NCBI GenBank assembly: GCA_964425075.1
Contig: CAYRKM010000001.1
Span: 705,793-769,792, forward strand
Source: an uncultured Gammaproteobacteria bacterium
GTDB taxonomy: Bacteria > Patescibacteriota > Microgenomatia > Levybacterales > GWA1-39-11
DNA length: 64,000 bases
Direction of reading: 5' to 3'
In this document: one piece after another, positions 1 through 9,621 of the stretch
Layout: each line of letters opens with the position of its first letter
How positions within the stretch are numbered: the first letter of the stretch is position 1
Notes under the pieces: generated by a model
Databases searched by the model: none
What the model was told of the DNA's origin: nothing
Seen by the model: only the letters and a program-made list of their open reading frames with translations
Made by a program: the position numbers and the translations under genes

Positions 1-279
1 ATTAAGAAAGCTGGATATGTTGTGATGTATGAGCCAACAGCAATTTTATGGCACAAGAATGCAGTTTCCTCAGGCGGTTCGGGTTCAAAGCTCCAGGACT
101 ATTATATTTCAAGAAATCGAATGTTGTTGGGGATGAGGTATGCTCCGCTAAGAACAAAAGCTGCATTAATTAGAGAAAGCTTAATGATTTTAAAATCCGG
201 AAGAGAATGGCAAAAGTTGGGAATTAGAGATTTTTACCTAAGAAAGTTTGGGAAAGGCACTTTTTTCAGTAAACAGTGA
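1..279 (+). CDS. GT2 glycosyltransferase, C-terminal fragment; the 5' end lies outside the window
   Basis: Frame 1 is open from base 1. The tail IKKAGYVVMYEPTAILWHK... aligns with the C-termini of the GT2 paralogs at 8689..9621 (AQKSGYKISFNSKSVVEHL) and 62347..63261 (ARKAGYETMYLPYATIKHR). Confidence 0.6.
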   Translation: MKKAGYVVMYEPTAILWHKNAVSSGGSGSKLQDYYISRNRMLLGMRYAPLRTKAALIRESLMILKSGREWQKLGIRDFYLRKFGKGTFFSKQ

Positions 280-1931
280 AATTATTTAGAAAACATTTAG
301 GACTCCTTATAATATTGGTAGTAGGTTTTCTGCCTCTGCTTGCTTTGTTTCATGTTGGGCTTCCAATAACTCATGATGGAGTTGATCACGTTGCGCGTAT
401 AGCAAATTTTTATATCTCTCTTCAGGAAGGGGTAGTAATTCCTAGGTGGGGAGCACTTTTAAATTGGGGATATGGACATCCGGTGATGATGTTTCTATAT
501 CCATTTTCTTCTTATGCCTCCTCATTTTTTCATCTTCTCGGAGCATCTTTTACTGATTCCGTAAAGATTGTCTTTGGAATAGGATTTATTGCAAGCGGGA
601 TATCAATGTATCTTTGGGCAAGAAATGCATTTAATGAATATGCTGGAATTGCAGCTGGTGTTCTTTATATGTATGCGCCTTATAGATTTGTTGATCTTTA
701 TGTAAGAGGTGCAATTGGAGAGCATACTGCATTTATTTTTCCTCCTTTGGTTCTATATTTCTTATTTAAGTTTTTTAAAAAGAATAATACTAAAAGTAGT
801 TATTGGTATTTTCTAGGAATAGTTGCTTCGATGGCTTCCTTGCTCCTTTCTCATAACGCAATTAGTATTATGTTCTTGCCGGTTATCGTTTTTTATACTT
901 TATATCTTTATTTCAATACAAATGATAAGAAAAAATTAATATATGCAGTAGGCGGGTTATTATATGGTTTTCTTCTTTCATCGTTCTTTCTTTTGCCAGC
1001 ATTTCTAGAAGGAAAATATACATTAAGAGACATAGTTACAGGAAATGAATATGCTACTCGTTTTGTGGATCCTGCCAGATTTATTTGGGGAAAATGGAAC
1101 TATGGCATAACGGGTGAATTTACAGTTCAACTAGGATTATTGCAATGGCTAGGAATTTTTGCATTCCCAGTTGTTTTATGGAACGAAATCAAACATAAGA
1201 GTAAACACCTGATTTTACTTAATGGTATATTTGTGTTTTTTTTAATTTCGCTATTTATTCAGACGCAATATTCTCAATTTCTTTACGAGATAATAACAAC
1301 TCTTAAGAAATTTCAGTTCCCATGGAGGTTTTTAAGTTTGACTGTATTTACAACAGCAATTATTACTGCCTCATTATTTTTATTAATAAAAAAGGAAAAA
1401 TATAAAAAAATAATTCTTGGAATTCTTGTCGTAACTTCAGTTTTAATAAATTGGGAATACATGCAGGCTAAAAATTATATCCTACATCCTGACAGTTTTT
1501 ATACGAGTATTTATAAAAGCACTACAGACACAGGTGAGAGTAGTCCGATTTGGTCGGTTAGATTTATGGAAAAAGTTCCCAAGGATAAAGTAGAGGTTGT
1601 GGATGGGGAGGCAACAATAACTGAAACAAGACGTTCTACAACAAGGCATTCGTACAGAATCATTTCAAAGGGTGATGCTCGTATTAAAGACAATACCGTA
1701 TATTTCCCCGGGTGGAAAGTATACGTAGATGGAAATCCGATTTTAATCGAATTTCAGGATCCTTCACAAAGAGGCCTTATCACATTTATGATCCCCACAG
1801 GAGAGCACGAGGTTGAAGTTGTCTTTGAGGATACAAAACTTAGAGTATTTGCAAACATAATTTCTATCCTGTCAGCAATTGGTTTAATTGTGTTGGGAAT
1901 ATATTTTCTAAAAAAATATGAAGAAAAATAA
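276..1931 (+). CDS. Polytopic membrane protein, GT-C-like (YfhO/PTPS-related-like superfamily); paralog of 24720..26396
   Basis: 551 aa. An N-terminal TM helix is followed by an HDGVDH acidic/His motif and then many TM segments. The C-terminus (FPGWKVYVDGNPI... plus a terminal TM anchor) resembles YfhO C-termini. ATGA overlap with the downstream gene. Confidence 0.55.
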   Translation: MKLFRKHLGLLIILVVGFLPLLALFHVGLPITHDGVDHVARIANFYISLQEGVVIPRWGALLNWGYGHPVMMFLYPFSSYASSFFHLLGASFTDSVKIVFGIGFIASGISMYLWARNAFNEYAGIAAGVLYMYAPYRFVDLYVRGAIGEHTAFIFPPLVLYFLFKFFKKNNTKSSYWYFLGIVASMASLLLSHNAISIMFLPVIVFYTLYLYFNTNDKKKLIYAVGGLLYGFLLSSFFLLPAFLEGKYTLRDIVTGNEYATRFVDPARFIWGKWNYGITGEFTVQLGLLQWLGIFAFPVVLWNEIKHKSKHLILLNGIFVFFLISLFIQTQYSQFLYEIITTLKKFQFPWRFLSLTVFTTAIITASLFLLIKKEKYKKIILGILVVTSVLINWEYMQAKNYILHPDSFYTSIYKSTTDTGESSPIWSVRFMEKVPKDKVEVVDGEATITETRRSTTRHSYRIISKGDARIKDNTVYFPGWKVYVDGNPILIEFQDPSQRGLITFMIPTGEHEVEVVFEDTKLRVFANIISILSAIGLIVLGIYFLKKYEEK

Positions 1932-4266
1932 ATTTTTTATTAAATTGTTGCCGCTTCTATTTTTAATAATGGTTTGGTTTGGATTTAGTTACCCATTTTT
2001 TATTCAGAGTAAAGTTCCATTTGCATCAAATTACCAGGTAAATTTTTTCTCTCCATGGAGTGGTTACCCTGAATTAGCGGGTCCCGTAAAGAACGATGCA
2101 CAGCCAGACGTTATTACGCAAATTTACCCATGGAGGTTGTTTGCAGTTGAAGAGCTTAAGCAAGGAAGAATTCCATTATGGAATCCATATAGTTTTTCAG
2201 GGACACCACACCTTGCAAACTATCAATCCGCAGCGCTATCTCCACTAAATATCCTTTTCTTTGTGTTCTCAGATATTGATGCCTGGAGCATACTTGTGTT
2301 ACTTCAGCCGTTGCTTGCGGGGATTGGTATTTATCTATTCGCAAGATCTTTAAAAATTTCAGAAATTGGTAGTCTTTTGTCATCCATATCCTTTATGTTT
2401 TGCGGGTTTATTACAACCTGGATGGGATATGCAACTCTTGGTTATGCTATTCTTTTTCTTCCATATTCCTTATATGCAATTCAAAAATATCTATCACAAA
2501 AATCCATTTTTTATCTTATTCTTCTCTCATTAAGCATTGCATTTTCATTTCTTAGTGGACATTTTCAAATCAGCATGTATCTTCTTTTGTGCATTATTGC
2601 ATTTAGTATATATAAATTATTTCCAGTCTATAATAACAAGAATTCTATTTTTGTTAGCCTCTTTATTTTTGTTGGAATTTTACTAGCAATGCCTCAAATT
2701 TTGCCGACCATCGAATTCTATACTTTGTCAGTTCGTAGCGCCTCATTCCAACAAACTGAAATAATTCCTTGGAGTTATCTTCCGACGTTTTTTGCGCCAG
2801 ATTTCTATGGGAATCCTGTAACGCGAAATGGTTGGTTTGGACATTATGCTGAGTGGAATGGATATATTGGAGTTGCTGGGTTAGCTTTTGCGCTTCTTGC
2901 TTTATTCAACTATAAAAAAAGAGACGTACTTTTTTTCGCTGGTGTTTCACTTTTAGCGCTACTTCTATCTTTCAACACCCCTCTGATACCATTATTAATG
3001 GCTTTAAAAATTCCTGTTCTCTCGACTAGTGCAGCAGGTAGAATTATTGTTATTTTGAGTTTTTCTTTGTCAGTACTTGCCGGGTTTGGCTTCGATACTC
3101 TACAGGACTTTAGAGAGAAAAAAAGAAAAAAAATAATCTGGTGGATATCCACACTTACACTCATGTTTATTTGCATAGTTGCATATGCAATGTTTGGTCT
3201 ACCAGATTCTCAAAAGACACCTATTGCGTTAAGTAATCTTAAGTTGCCAATTGGAATTATTGTTATTGTTTTTGCCTACATAGTAGGTATTCTATTAATA
3301 AAATCAAAGAAAATATTAGTATTTTTATCAATTGTGCTTTTAGTAATTGCCTCCTTTGATATGTTACGGTTTGCAAAAAAATGGCAGGCATTTGATCCGA
3401 AAGAACTAGTGTTTAAGGACGTTGCTACAACTGCATTTTATAAAAGTCAAAACACAGAGAAAAGATTCTTAACCGATTCAACAGCGGAAAACAGTGTTTA
3501 TTACAAACTACAAACGTTAGGTGGATATGATCCATTGTATCCTGAGGCTTATGGTGAATTTATTAAGTATGTTAATAGCGAAGAATTAATAAAGCCAGAC
3601 AGGTCCGTTGTGTCTTTTCCTAAAGATGGCATGCATACACCAGAGGCTATAAATTTTTTGGGGGTTTCATATATCATCGAAAAGATTTCTGATGAGGGGC
3701 GCCCTTGGGGTTTTCCATTTAAAAAATATCCATTGGATCAATTCAGTAAAATTTATGATGATAAAGTTTTTAGAGTTTATGAAAATAAAAAAGCATTTCC
3801 GCGTACTTTTCTTGCTTACGACACAATTACATCTGGAGATAAAAAAGAACAACTAATAAATATGTTCTCACAAGATCTTTCCAAAATTGCAGTAACAGGA
3901 GGCTCAATTCAAGGACTTAACAAAAACGGTAGGGGGAATGCAAAAATTGTAGAGTATTTACCTAATAAGATTACAATCGAAACAAATTCCTCAGGAAGCG
4001 GGTTGTTGGTTCTAACGGATAATTACTACCCAGGATGGAAAGCTAATGTAAACAATGTTAGGCAAAAAATATATAAAATAGACTATAATTTTAGAGGAGT
4101 TGTGGTACCAGAGGGTAAAAGCAGAGTGGTAATGGAGTATTTACCTCAATCTTTTTTTGTAGGTATATATCTTAGCTTAATTGGGGTGCTTATAATTGCA
4201 ACAAGTTTTGTTTTGCAAAGAATAAGAAGATTTGAATTTTTAATCAAAAAAACAAACATAAAATGA
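1918..4266 (+). CDS. YfhO-family membrane glycosyltransferase (GT-C)
   Basis: 782 aa. Has the LWNPYSFSGTPHLANYQSA motif near the N-terminus and a C-terminal YYPGWKANVNN...YNFRGVVVPEGK module followed by a terminal TM helix, both typical of YfhO. Confidence 0.7.
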   Translation: MKKNKFFIKLLPLLFLIMVWFGFSYPFFIQSKVPFASNYQVNFFSPWSGYPELAGPVKNDAQPDVITQIYPWRLFAVEELKQGRIPLWNPYSFSGTPHLANYQSAALSPLNILFFVFSDIDAWSILVLLQPLLAGIGIYLFARSLKISEIGSLLSSISFMFCGFITTWMGYATLGYAILFLPYSLYAIQKYLSQKSIFYLILLSLSIAFSFLSGHFQISMYLLLCIIAFSIYKLFPVYNNKNSIFVSLFIFVGILLAMPQILPTIEFYTLSVRSASFQQTEIIPWSYLPTFFAPDFYGNPVTRNGWFGHYAEWNGYIGVAGLAFALLALFNYKKRDVLFFAGVSLLALLLSFNTPLIPLLMALKIPVLSTSAAGRIIVILSFSLSVLAGFGFDTLQDFREKKRKKIIWWISTLTLMFICIVAYAMFGLPDSQKTPIALSNLKLPIGIIVIVFAYIVGILLIKSKKILVFLSIVLLVIASFDMLRFAKKWQAFDPKELVFKDVATTAFYKSQNTEKRFLTDSTAENSVYYKLQTLGGYDPLYPEAYGEFIKYVNSEELIKPDRSVVSFPKDGMHTPEAINFLGVSYIIEKISDEGRPWGFPFKKYPLDQFSKIYDDKVFRVYENKKAFPRTFLAYDTITSGDKKEQLINMFSQDLSKIAVTGGSIQGLNKNGRGNAKIVEYLPNKITIETNSSGSGLLVLTDNYYPGWKANVNNVRQKIYKIDYNFRGVVVPEGKSRVVMEYLPQSFFVGIYLSLIGVLIIATSFVLQRIRRFEFLIKKTNIK

Positions 4267-5018
4267 AGGACATAACCATAATAATCCTCGCCTTAAATGA
4301 GGCAGATGTAATCAAAGATGCAATTCTCTCAGTTAAGGATATTGCAAAGGAAATTTTAGTGATAAATGCTAATTCCACAGACAACACCAAAGAAATTGCT
4401 GAAAAAAATGGCGCTTTAGTAATTTCTCGTCAATTTAAAGATTTTTCAGATCAAAGAAATTTTGCCATTCTACATGCGAAAACACCATGGATAATGTATT
4501 TGGATGCAGATGAAAGATTGACAGATTCTTTTAAGAAAGAACTTAAAGAAAAAATTGAGTCATATGATGAAAAAGGGTCCGTTGGAGGATTTTATGTTAA
4601 CAGAAAAACATTTTATTTCGGTAAAGACTGGAATTTAACGGATAGGGTGCAAAGAGTTTTTTATAAAGAAAAATTCATTGAATGGTATGGAGTAGTGCAT
4701 GAAACACCAAAAATTCACGGTGAATTCAGTGAAATTAATAGTCCAATTCTGCATTTTACTCATAGGAATTTGTCTCAAATGGTAGGAAAAACAAATGAGT
4801 GGTCTGAGTATGAAGCAAGATTACGCCTTAAGTCAAACCACCCCTCTATGACAGCCTGGAGATTTATTAGGGTGATGGGAACGGAATTTATAAATTCATA
4901 CATTAAAAATGGCGGATATAAGAACGGCACTTATGGACTAATTGAAGCAATTTATCAGGCTTTCTCGATGTTTATAACTTATGCAAAGTTGTGGGAGTTG
5001 CAGCAAAAAAAACACTAA
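4263..5018 (+). CDS. GT2 family glycosyltransferase (GT-A fold)
   Basis: 251 aa. N-terminal IIILALNEADVI... and a DADE motif (YLDADERL). Paralog of 19526..20302. Start overlaps the YfhO stop (ATGA). Confidence 0.7.
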   Translation: MKDITIIILALNEADVIKDAILSVKDIAKEILVINANSTDNTKEIAEKNGALVISRQFKDFSDQRNFAILHAKTPWIMYLDADERLTDSFKKELKEKIESYDEKGSVGGFYVNRKTFYFGKDWNLTDRVQRVFYKEKFIEWYGVVHETPKIHGEFSEINSPILHFTHRNLSQMVGKTNEWSEYEARLRLKSNHPSMTAWRFIRVMGTEFINSYIKNGGYKNGTYGLIEAIYQAFSMFITYAKLWELQQKKH

Positions 5019-5272
5019 CTCTTTTTAAACCAAGAACGCACCTCAACAATTGTAAGTCTTTTTTTGCTGAATCTTATTAAGTAAATTAACTCAACAATTC
5101 CTAAATCATTTAGTGGAATAAGTACAAAAAGTACTAAAAACCAATTGCGTTGTTTTTGATTAGAAGCTTTCCATAATGCGACGCCTTTCCAAAAAAGCTG
5201 CCAGACACTTGCTATAAAGACAAGAGCCAAAAGTCCCATGTTATTTTGAATATTAGCGAGTTGGTTATCCAT
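5015..5272 (-). CDS. DUF5652-like small membrane protein
   Basis: 85 aa. Two hydrophobic helices with a WKGVALWKASNQKQRNWFLVLFVLIPLNDLGIVELIYL pattern, recalled as characteristic of DUF5652 proteins common in CPR genomes. Confidence 0.5.
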   Translation of the reverse strand: MDNQLANIQNNMGLLALVFIASVWQLFWKGVALWKASNQKQRNWFLVLFVLIPLNDLGIVELIYLIRFSKKRLTIVEVRSWFKKS

Positions 5273-5358
5273 TTTCCTAACTGTAACATAGCTTCACTTG
5301 ATATTCAATAACTGCTACAATAACCTTAAGGTTTTGGTTTTTTTAGAATTTAAACAAA

Positions 5359-6423
5359 ATGAAAATAGGAATTTATTCTCCATATCTTGACACGATGACT
5401 GGGGGAGAAAAGTATATATTTTCAATTGCCTCATGTCTCTCAAAAAATCATTCAGTAGATATTTTTTGGAATGATAAAGAAATAATTGAAAAGGCAACAC
5501 GAAAATTTAATTTAAATCTTGAGGGGGTAAGGATTGTTCCTAACGTTTTTTCTGAGCAAGTAAACACTTTAAAAAGATTAAAAGGAACATTTGCTTATGA
5601 CAGAATAATTGTTCTTTCAGATGGCAGCATACCGTTAGTTGCAAGCAAACAACTTATACTTCATTTTCAATTTCCAGTAGAGTGGGTGAATGCTAAGTCA
5701 CCATTTATTAAATTTAAAATGAGTAGGGTTAGTAAGGTAATTTGCAATTCTTATTACACAAAAAAATATATTGATAAGAAATTTAATATACAAAGCAATA
5801 TTCTTTTTCCTCCTTCAGACGTTAATACTGGAGATATACCTGAAAAAAAGAATCTGATTCTAACAGTTGGAAGATTCAATCCATTATCAGATGGAACAGA
5901 CTTTAAAAAGTTAACAGTAATGGTTGATGCTTTTAAAGACTTTCAGAAAAAAAGATTAAAAGGTTGGAGATTTGCAATAGTAACCAACGTATTGCCGGAG
6001 AATGATAAGGAGTTCGAAGAATTTAAAAGTAAAATTGGAAGTCAATACATCGAGATACATAAAAATGTCCCATTTGATGACATAGCAAAATTGTATAAAG
6101 AAGCAAAGATTTATTGGCACGCTGCAGGATTTGGAGTTGATATAGAAAAGAGGCCAGAATGGTTGGAGCATTTTGGTATGGCAACAGTTGAGGCGATGTC
6201 ATATGGAGCAGTGCCGGTTGTTATCAATGCGGGTGGTCAGAGGGAGATTGTGAGTAATGGGAAAAATGGTTTTTTATGGAATACAACTGAAGAGTTGGTT
6301 AACTATACACACAAAATTGCAACCGAACCAAAATTATATGAGGAATTATCTGTGAGCGCTAATGAATCTTCAAAACAATTTAGTAAAGGAAGGTTTTGCG
6401 AGGAGCTTAATCAGGTAATATGA
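5359..6423 (+). CDS. GT4 family glycosyltransferase (GT-B fold)
   Basis: 354 aa. C-terminal-domain motif EHFGMATVEAMSYGAVPVVINAGGQREIV matches the GT4 E-x7-E region. Confidence 0.7.
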   Translation: MKIGIYSPYLDTMTGGEKYIFSIASCLSKNHSVDIFWNDKEIIEKATRKFNLNLEGVRIVPNVFSEQVNTLKRLKGTFAYDRIIVLSDGSIPLVASKQLILHFQFPVEWVNAKSPFIKFKMSRVSKVICNSYYTKKYIDKKFNIQSNILFPPSDVNTGDIPEKKNLILTVGRFNPLSDGTDFKKLTVMVDAFKDFQKKRLKGWRFAIVTNVLPENDKEFEEFKSKIGSQYIEIHKNVPFDDIAKLYKEAKIYWHAAGFGVDIEKRPEWLEHFGMATVEAMSYGAVPVVINAGGQREIVSNGKNGFLWNTTEELVNYTHKIATEPKLYEELSVSANESSKQFSKGRFCEELNQVI

Positions 6424-8687
6424 TACAAAAAATATTTAAGTTCTACCTTCATATTAAAACATTTCTTTTTCCGCTTTTTTTGTTAATCCTTGTAGTTATT
6501 TTTTATTATCCAACATTTCTCCAAAACAAATTGCCAATTCCATCGGATACTATAGTTGGTTTGTATCACCCATACAGAGACTTATATGACAGAGAATATC
6601 CTCGAGGAATTCCATATAAAAACTTTTTAATCACAGATCCAGTTCGTCAAACTTTTGTATGGAAAGAATTAGCAACTAGTTCATTCAAAAAAATGGAATT
6701 ACCACTTTGGAATCCATACGAAATGGCAGGAAAACCTTTGTTAGCTAATTTCCAGTCAGGAGTGTTTTATCCCTTAAATATTTTGTTTGTTGTTCTGCCT
6801 TTTACAACTGCATGGACAGTTTTTATTGTTTTACAAAGTGTTTTTATGGGTTTATTCATGTATTTGTATTTAAGAAATTTAAGGCTATCTTTTATATCAT
6901 CTTTTCTGGGATCAATAGCTCTCATATTTTCATCATTTTCAGTTGTATGGCTTGAATGGGGGAATATTATACATGCTTTTTTGTGGCTTCCATTAATACT
7001 ACTTGCAGTCGACAAATTATTTCAGAAAAAGGATAGGTATTTATTTTTTTGGGGCATATTATACGTTCTAGCTTTATTGTCTGCTTTTTTTGCAGGATAT
7101 CTTCAGACCTTTTTCTACATGTTTGTTATTTCAATATTTTATTTTGTTCTTCGCTTAGGAACAAAAAATGCTAGGCGCCTTTTACACTTCATATTACTTA
7201 ATACAATTTTTGTTCTATTGTCTTTCATACAATGGTATCCAACATATAAATTTATTCTTTTATCTGCTCGAAGTATTGACCAGAATTATTTAGTCACTGA
7301 AGGATGGTTTATTCCCTTTAAGCATCTAATACAATTTGTAGCACCAGATTTTTTTGGAAATCCTACAACCCTTAATTATTGGGGAATGTGGAATTATGCT
7401 GAGCTTGGGGGATATATAGGCATAGTTTCTCTGATGCTCGTTCCCTTCGCTTTTTTTATAAGAAGAAAACTTGTGATGTTCTTTACTGCAATTGTTTTCA
7501 GCGGATTATTATTTGCAACTGACAATTTAATTGCAAGGATTCCCTTTCAATTAGATATTCCACTTATTTCCTCCTCCCAACCTACTCGTCTGCTATCAAT
7601 TATTTTATTCTCACTTGCTGTTCTTGCGTCATTTGGCATGGAATATGTACTTAATATAAAAAGAAAATTTTCAACCTTATTCCCGTTAGCAATATGGTTA
7701 GGTGTTGTCTTGCTATTATGGTCTGCGGTTTTTCTAAAAAGCCCATTATTATTTGACGATCAGAACGTAATAGCTATAGCAAAAAGAAATTTATTTCTTC
7801 CAACAGCGCTTATTTTAAGTAGTTCCCTTTTATTTTTTGCCTTAGCCTTTTTTAAGAATAAAACCTTTAGAGCGGGAATTATAATTTTAATTTTTGTTTT
7901 TCTTTCTTTCGATCTTCTTCGCTATTCATGGAAATTTACACCCTTCACTAAGTCTGAATATCTTTTTCCACAAACTAAAATAATAAGTTTTTTACAAAAT
8001 GATAAAAGCATTTTTAGAGTCGCAGCTACTGACCAGCGTATTATGCCTCCTAATTTTCTTACACATTATAGAATTCAAACTTTAGAAGGATATGACCCAT
8101 TATATTTAAGATCTTATGCTGAATTCATAGCTTCAATGGAAAGAGGAAAGCCAGATATTAATCCTCCCTTTGGATTTAATAGAATAATTACACCACATAA
8201 TGTTAATTCTTCCTTGATGGACTCTCTAAACGTTAAATATATTCTTTCTTTTGATGAGCTAACGGATAGTAAATTTAAAAAAATAATGGTAGAGGGTAGG
8301 ACTAAACTTTATGAAAATACCCAATCATTCCCACGTGCATATTTTGTAAAAAGTATAGATACTGGTAGTAATAATCAAATTGAAATTGAGAAAATACATA
8401 AAGTAGATCTTGAAAATGTGGCTATATTATCGCAATTCAGTGCACCAGGAGAAAAAGACTACACCAAAGGAGAGGCGAGAATAAAGTTATATTCAGAGAA
8501 TAAAGTTGTTATAGAAACTCAAAATATTGGTACGGGATTTCTTGTGCTTGCAGATTCTTTCTATCCTTCCTGGAAAGCAACAATTGATGGGAGTAAAACA
8601 ACAATTTATCCTACAAACTATATATTCAGAGGAGTTGTTGTGCCGGCTGGCAAGCATACTGTAGAATTTAGTATTACGCTTTTCTAA
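6420..8687 (+). CDS. YfhO-family membrane glycosyltransferase (GT-C); paralog of 1918..4266
   Basis: 755 aa. LPLWNPYEMAGKPLLANFQSGVFYPLNILF motif and C-terminal LVLADSFYPSWKATIDG...YIFRGVVVPAGKH module. Confidence 0.7.
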   Translation: MIQKIFKFYLHIKTFLFPLFLLILVVIFYYPTFLQNKLPIPSDTIVGLYHPYRDLYDREYPRGIPYKNFLITDPVRQTFVWKELATSSFKKMELPLWNPYEMAGKPLLANFQSGVFYPLNILFVVLPFTTAWTVFIVLQSVFMGLFMYLYLRNLRLSFISSFLGSIALIFSSFSVVWLEWGNIIHAFLWLPLILLAVDKLFQKKDRYLFFWGILYVLALLSAFFAGYLQTFFYMFVISIFYFVLRLGTKNARRLLHFILLNTIFVLLSFIQWYPTYKFILLSARSIDQNYLVTEGWFIPFKHLIQFVAPDFFGNPTTLNYWGMWNYAELGGYIGIVSLMLVPFAFFIRRKLVMFFTAIVFSGLLFATDNLIARIPFQLDIPLISSSQPTRLLSIILFSLAVLASFGMEYVLNIKRKFSTLFPLAIWLGVVLLLWSAVFLKSPLLFDDQNVIAIAKRNLFLPTALILSSSLLFFALAFFKNKTFRAGIIILIFVFLSFDLLRYSWKFTPFTKSEYLFPQTKIISFLQNDKSIFRVAATDQRIMPPNFLTHYRIQTLEGYDPLYLRSYAEFIASMERGKPDINPPFGFNRIITPHNVNSSLMDSLNVKYILSFDELTDSKFKKIMVEGRTKLYENTQSFPRAYFVKSIDTGSNNQIEIEKIHKVDLENVAILSQFSAPGEKDYTKGEARIKLYSENKVVIETQNIGTGFLVLADSFYPSWKATIDGSKTTIYPTNYIFRGVVVPAGKHTVEFSITLF

Positions 8688-8688
8688 T

Positions 8689-9621
8689 ATGCGAGTAGAT
8701 ATTATTATTCCGAATTACAACGGATCACATTTGATACGCGAAAACCTTCCAAAAGTACTCAATACTCTTAAGCCTTATAAAGGCAAAGTGATAATTGTTG
8801 ATGATGGTTCAAAACCTGAAGATAGGGTATCTTTACGAGAGGTTGTAAAAGGGTATTCAGGTAGTGAGGTTGAGTTGATTGAACACACCGTAAATAAAGG
8901 TTTTTCATCAGCAGTTAACACTGGAGTTAGGGCCTCTACGGCTGATTATGTTGTTCTTTTAAATTCGGATGTAATTCCTAATAAGGATTTTCTAAAACCT
9001 CTTCTTGAAGAAATTGAGAAGGACCCCTTAATTTTTGGAATAGGTTGCATGGACGAGAGTATTGAGGGCGAAAAAACAACACTAAGAGGGAGAGGTCAAG
9101 CAAAATGGAGTAGGGGGATGCTTATACATGAAAGGGGAGACGTTAGTAGTAGTGATACATTTTGGATATCGGGGGGTAGCAGCATCTTCAGAAGAGAATT
9201 ATATATGAAGCTTGGTGGGATGGATGAGATATATAACCCTTTTTACTGGGAGGATATAGACCTTTCATATAGGGCCCAAAAATCTGGATATAAAATTTCT
9301 TTTAATAGTAAATCAGTTGTTGAACATCTTCACGAAAAAGGTGCGATAAAGAAAAACTTTCGTAAGAACAAAGTAACAACAATTGTCTATCGAAATCAAT
9401 TTACTTTTCATTGGAAAAATATTAGTGAGCAACGACTATTAATAAGTCACATCCTGTGTCTTCCATACCACGCGCTAGGTGCACTAAAAAGAGGTGATAG
9501 TGAATTTTTTAAAGGATTATTCCTTGCCCTATTAAGGCTTTCTGCTATAATAAAAAAGCGAAGTATTCAAAAGAAAAATTACAAACTTTTGGATTCGGAA
9601 ATTATTAAAAAATTTGAATGA
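8689..9621 (+). CDS. GT2 family glycosyltransferase
   Basis: 310 aa. N-terminal VDIIIPNYNG and VDDGS motifs; C-terminal region paralogous to 1..279 and 62347..63261. Confidence 0.7.
   Translation: MRVDIIIPNYNGSHLIRENLPKVLNTLKPYKGKVIIVDDGSKPEDRVSLREVVKGYSGSEVELIEHTVNKGFSSAVNTGVRASTADYVVLLNSDVIPNKDFLKPLLEEIEKDPLIFGIGCMDESIEGEKTTLRGRGQAKWSRGMLIHERGDVSSSDTFWISGGSSIFRRELYMKLGGMDEIYNPFYWEDIDLSYRAQKSGYKISFNSKSVVEHLHEKGAIKKNFRKNKVTTIVYRNQFTFHWKNISEQRLLISHILCLPYHALGALKRGDSEFFKGLFLALLRLSAIIKKRSIQKKNYKLLDSEIIKKFE

Noticed and set aside
1511-1693. Short antisense or alternative-frame ORFs nested in long genes, including 1511..1693, 2156..2383, 2910..3176, 6767..7015, 36365..36727, 38694..39092, 40089..40397, 56188..56598 and 62058..62480
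   Set aside because: All lie wholly inside longer ORFs that have clear homology-like motifs. They have low-complexity or odd composition and no recognisable motifs, so they are most likely spurious.
5298-5321. TTGATA ... TACAAT promoter-like hexamers in the divergent region between the DUF5652 gene and the GT4 at 5359
   Set aside because: The spacer is only 12 nt, incompatible with a canonical sigma70 promoter. AT-rich background makes chance matches likely.
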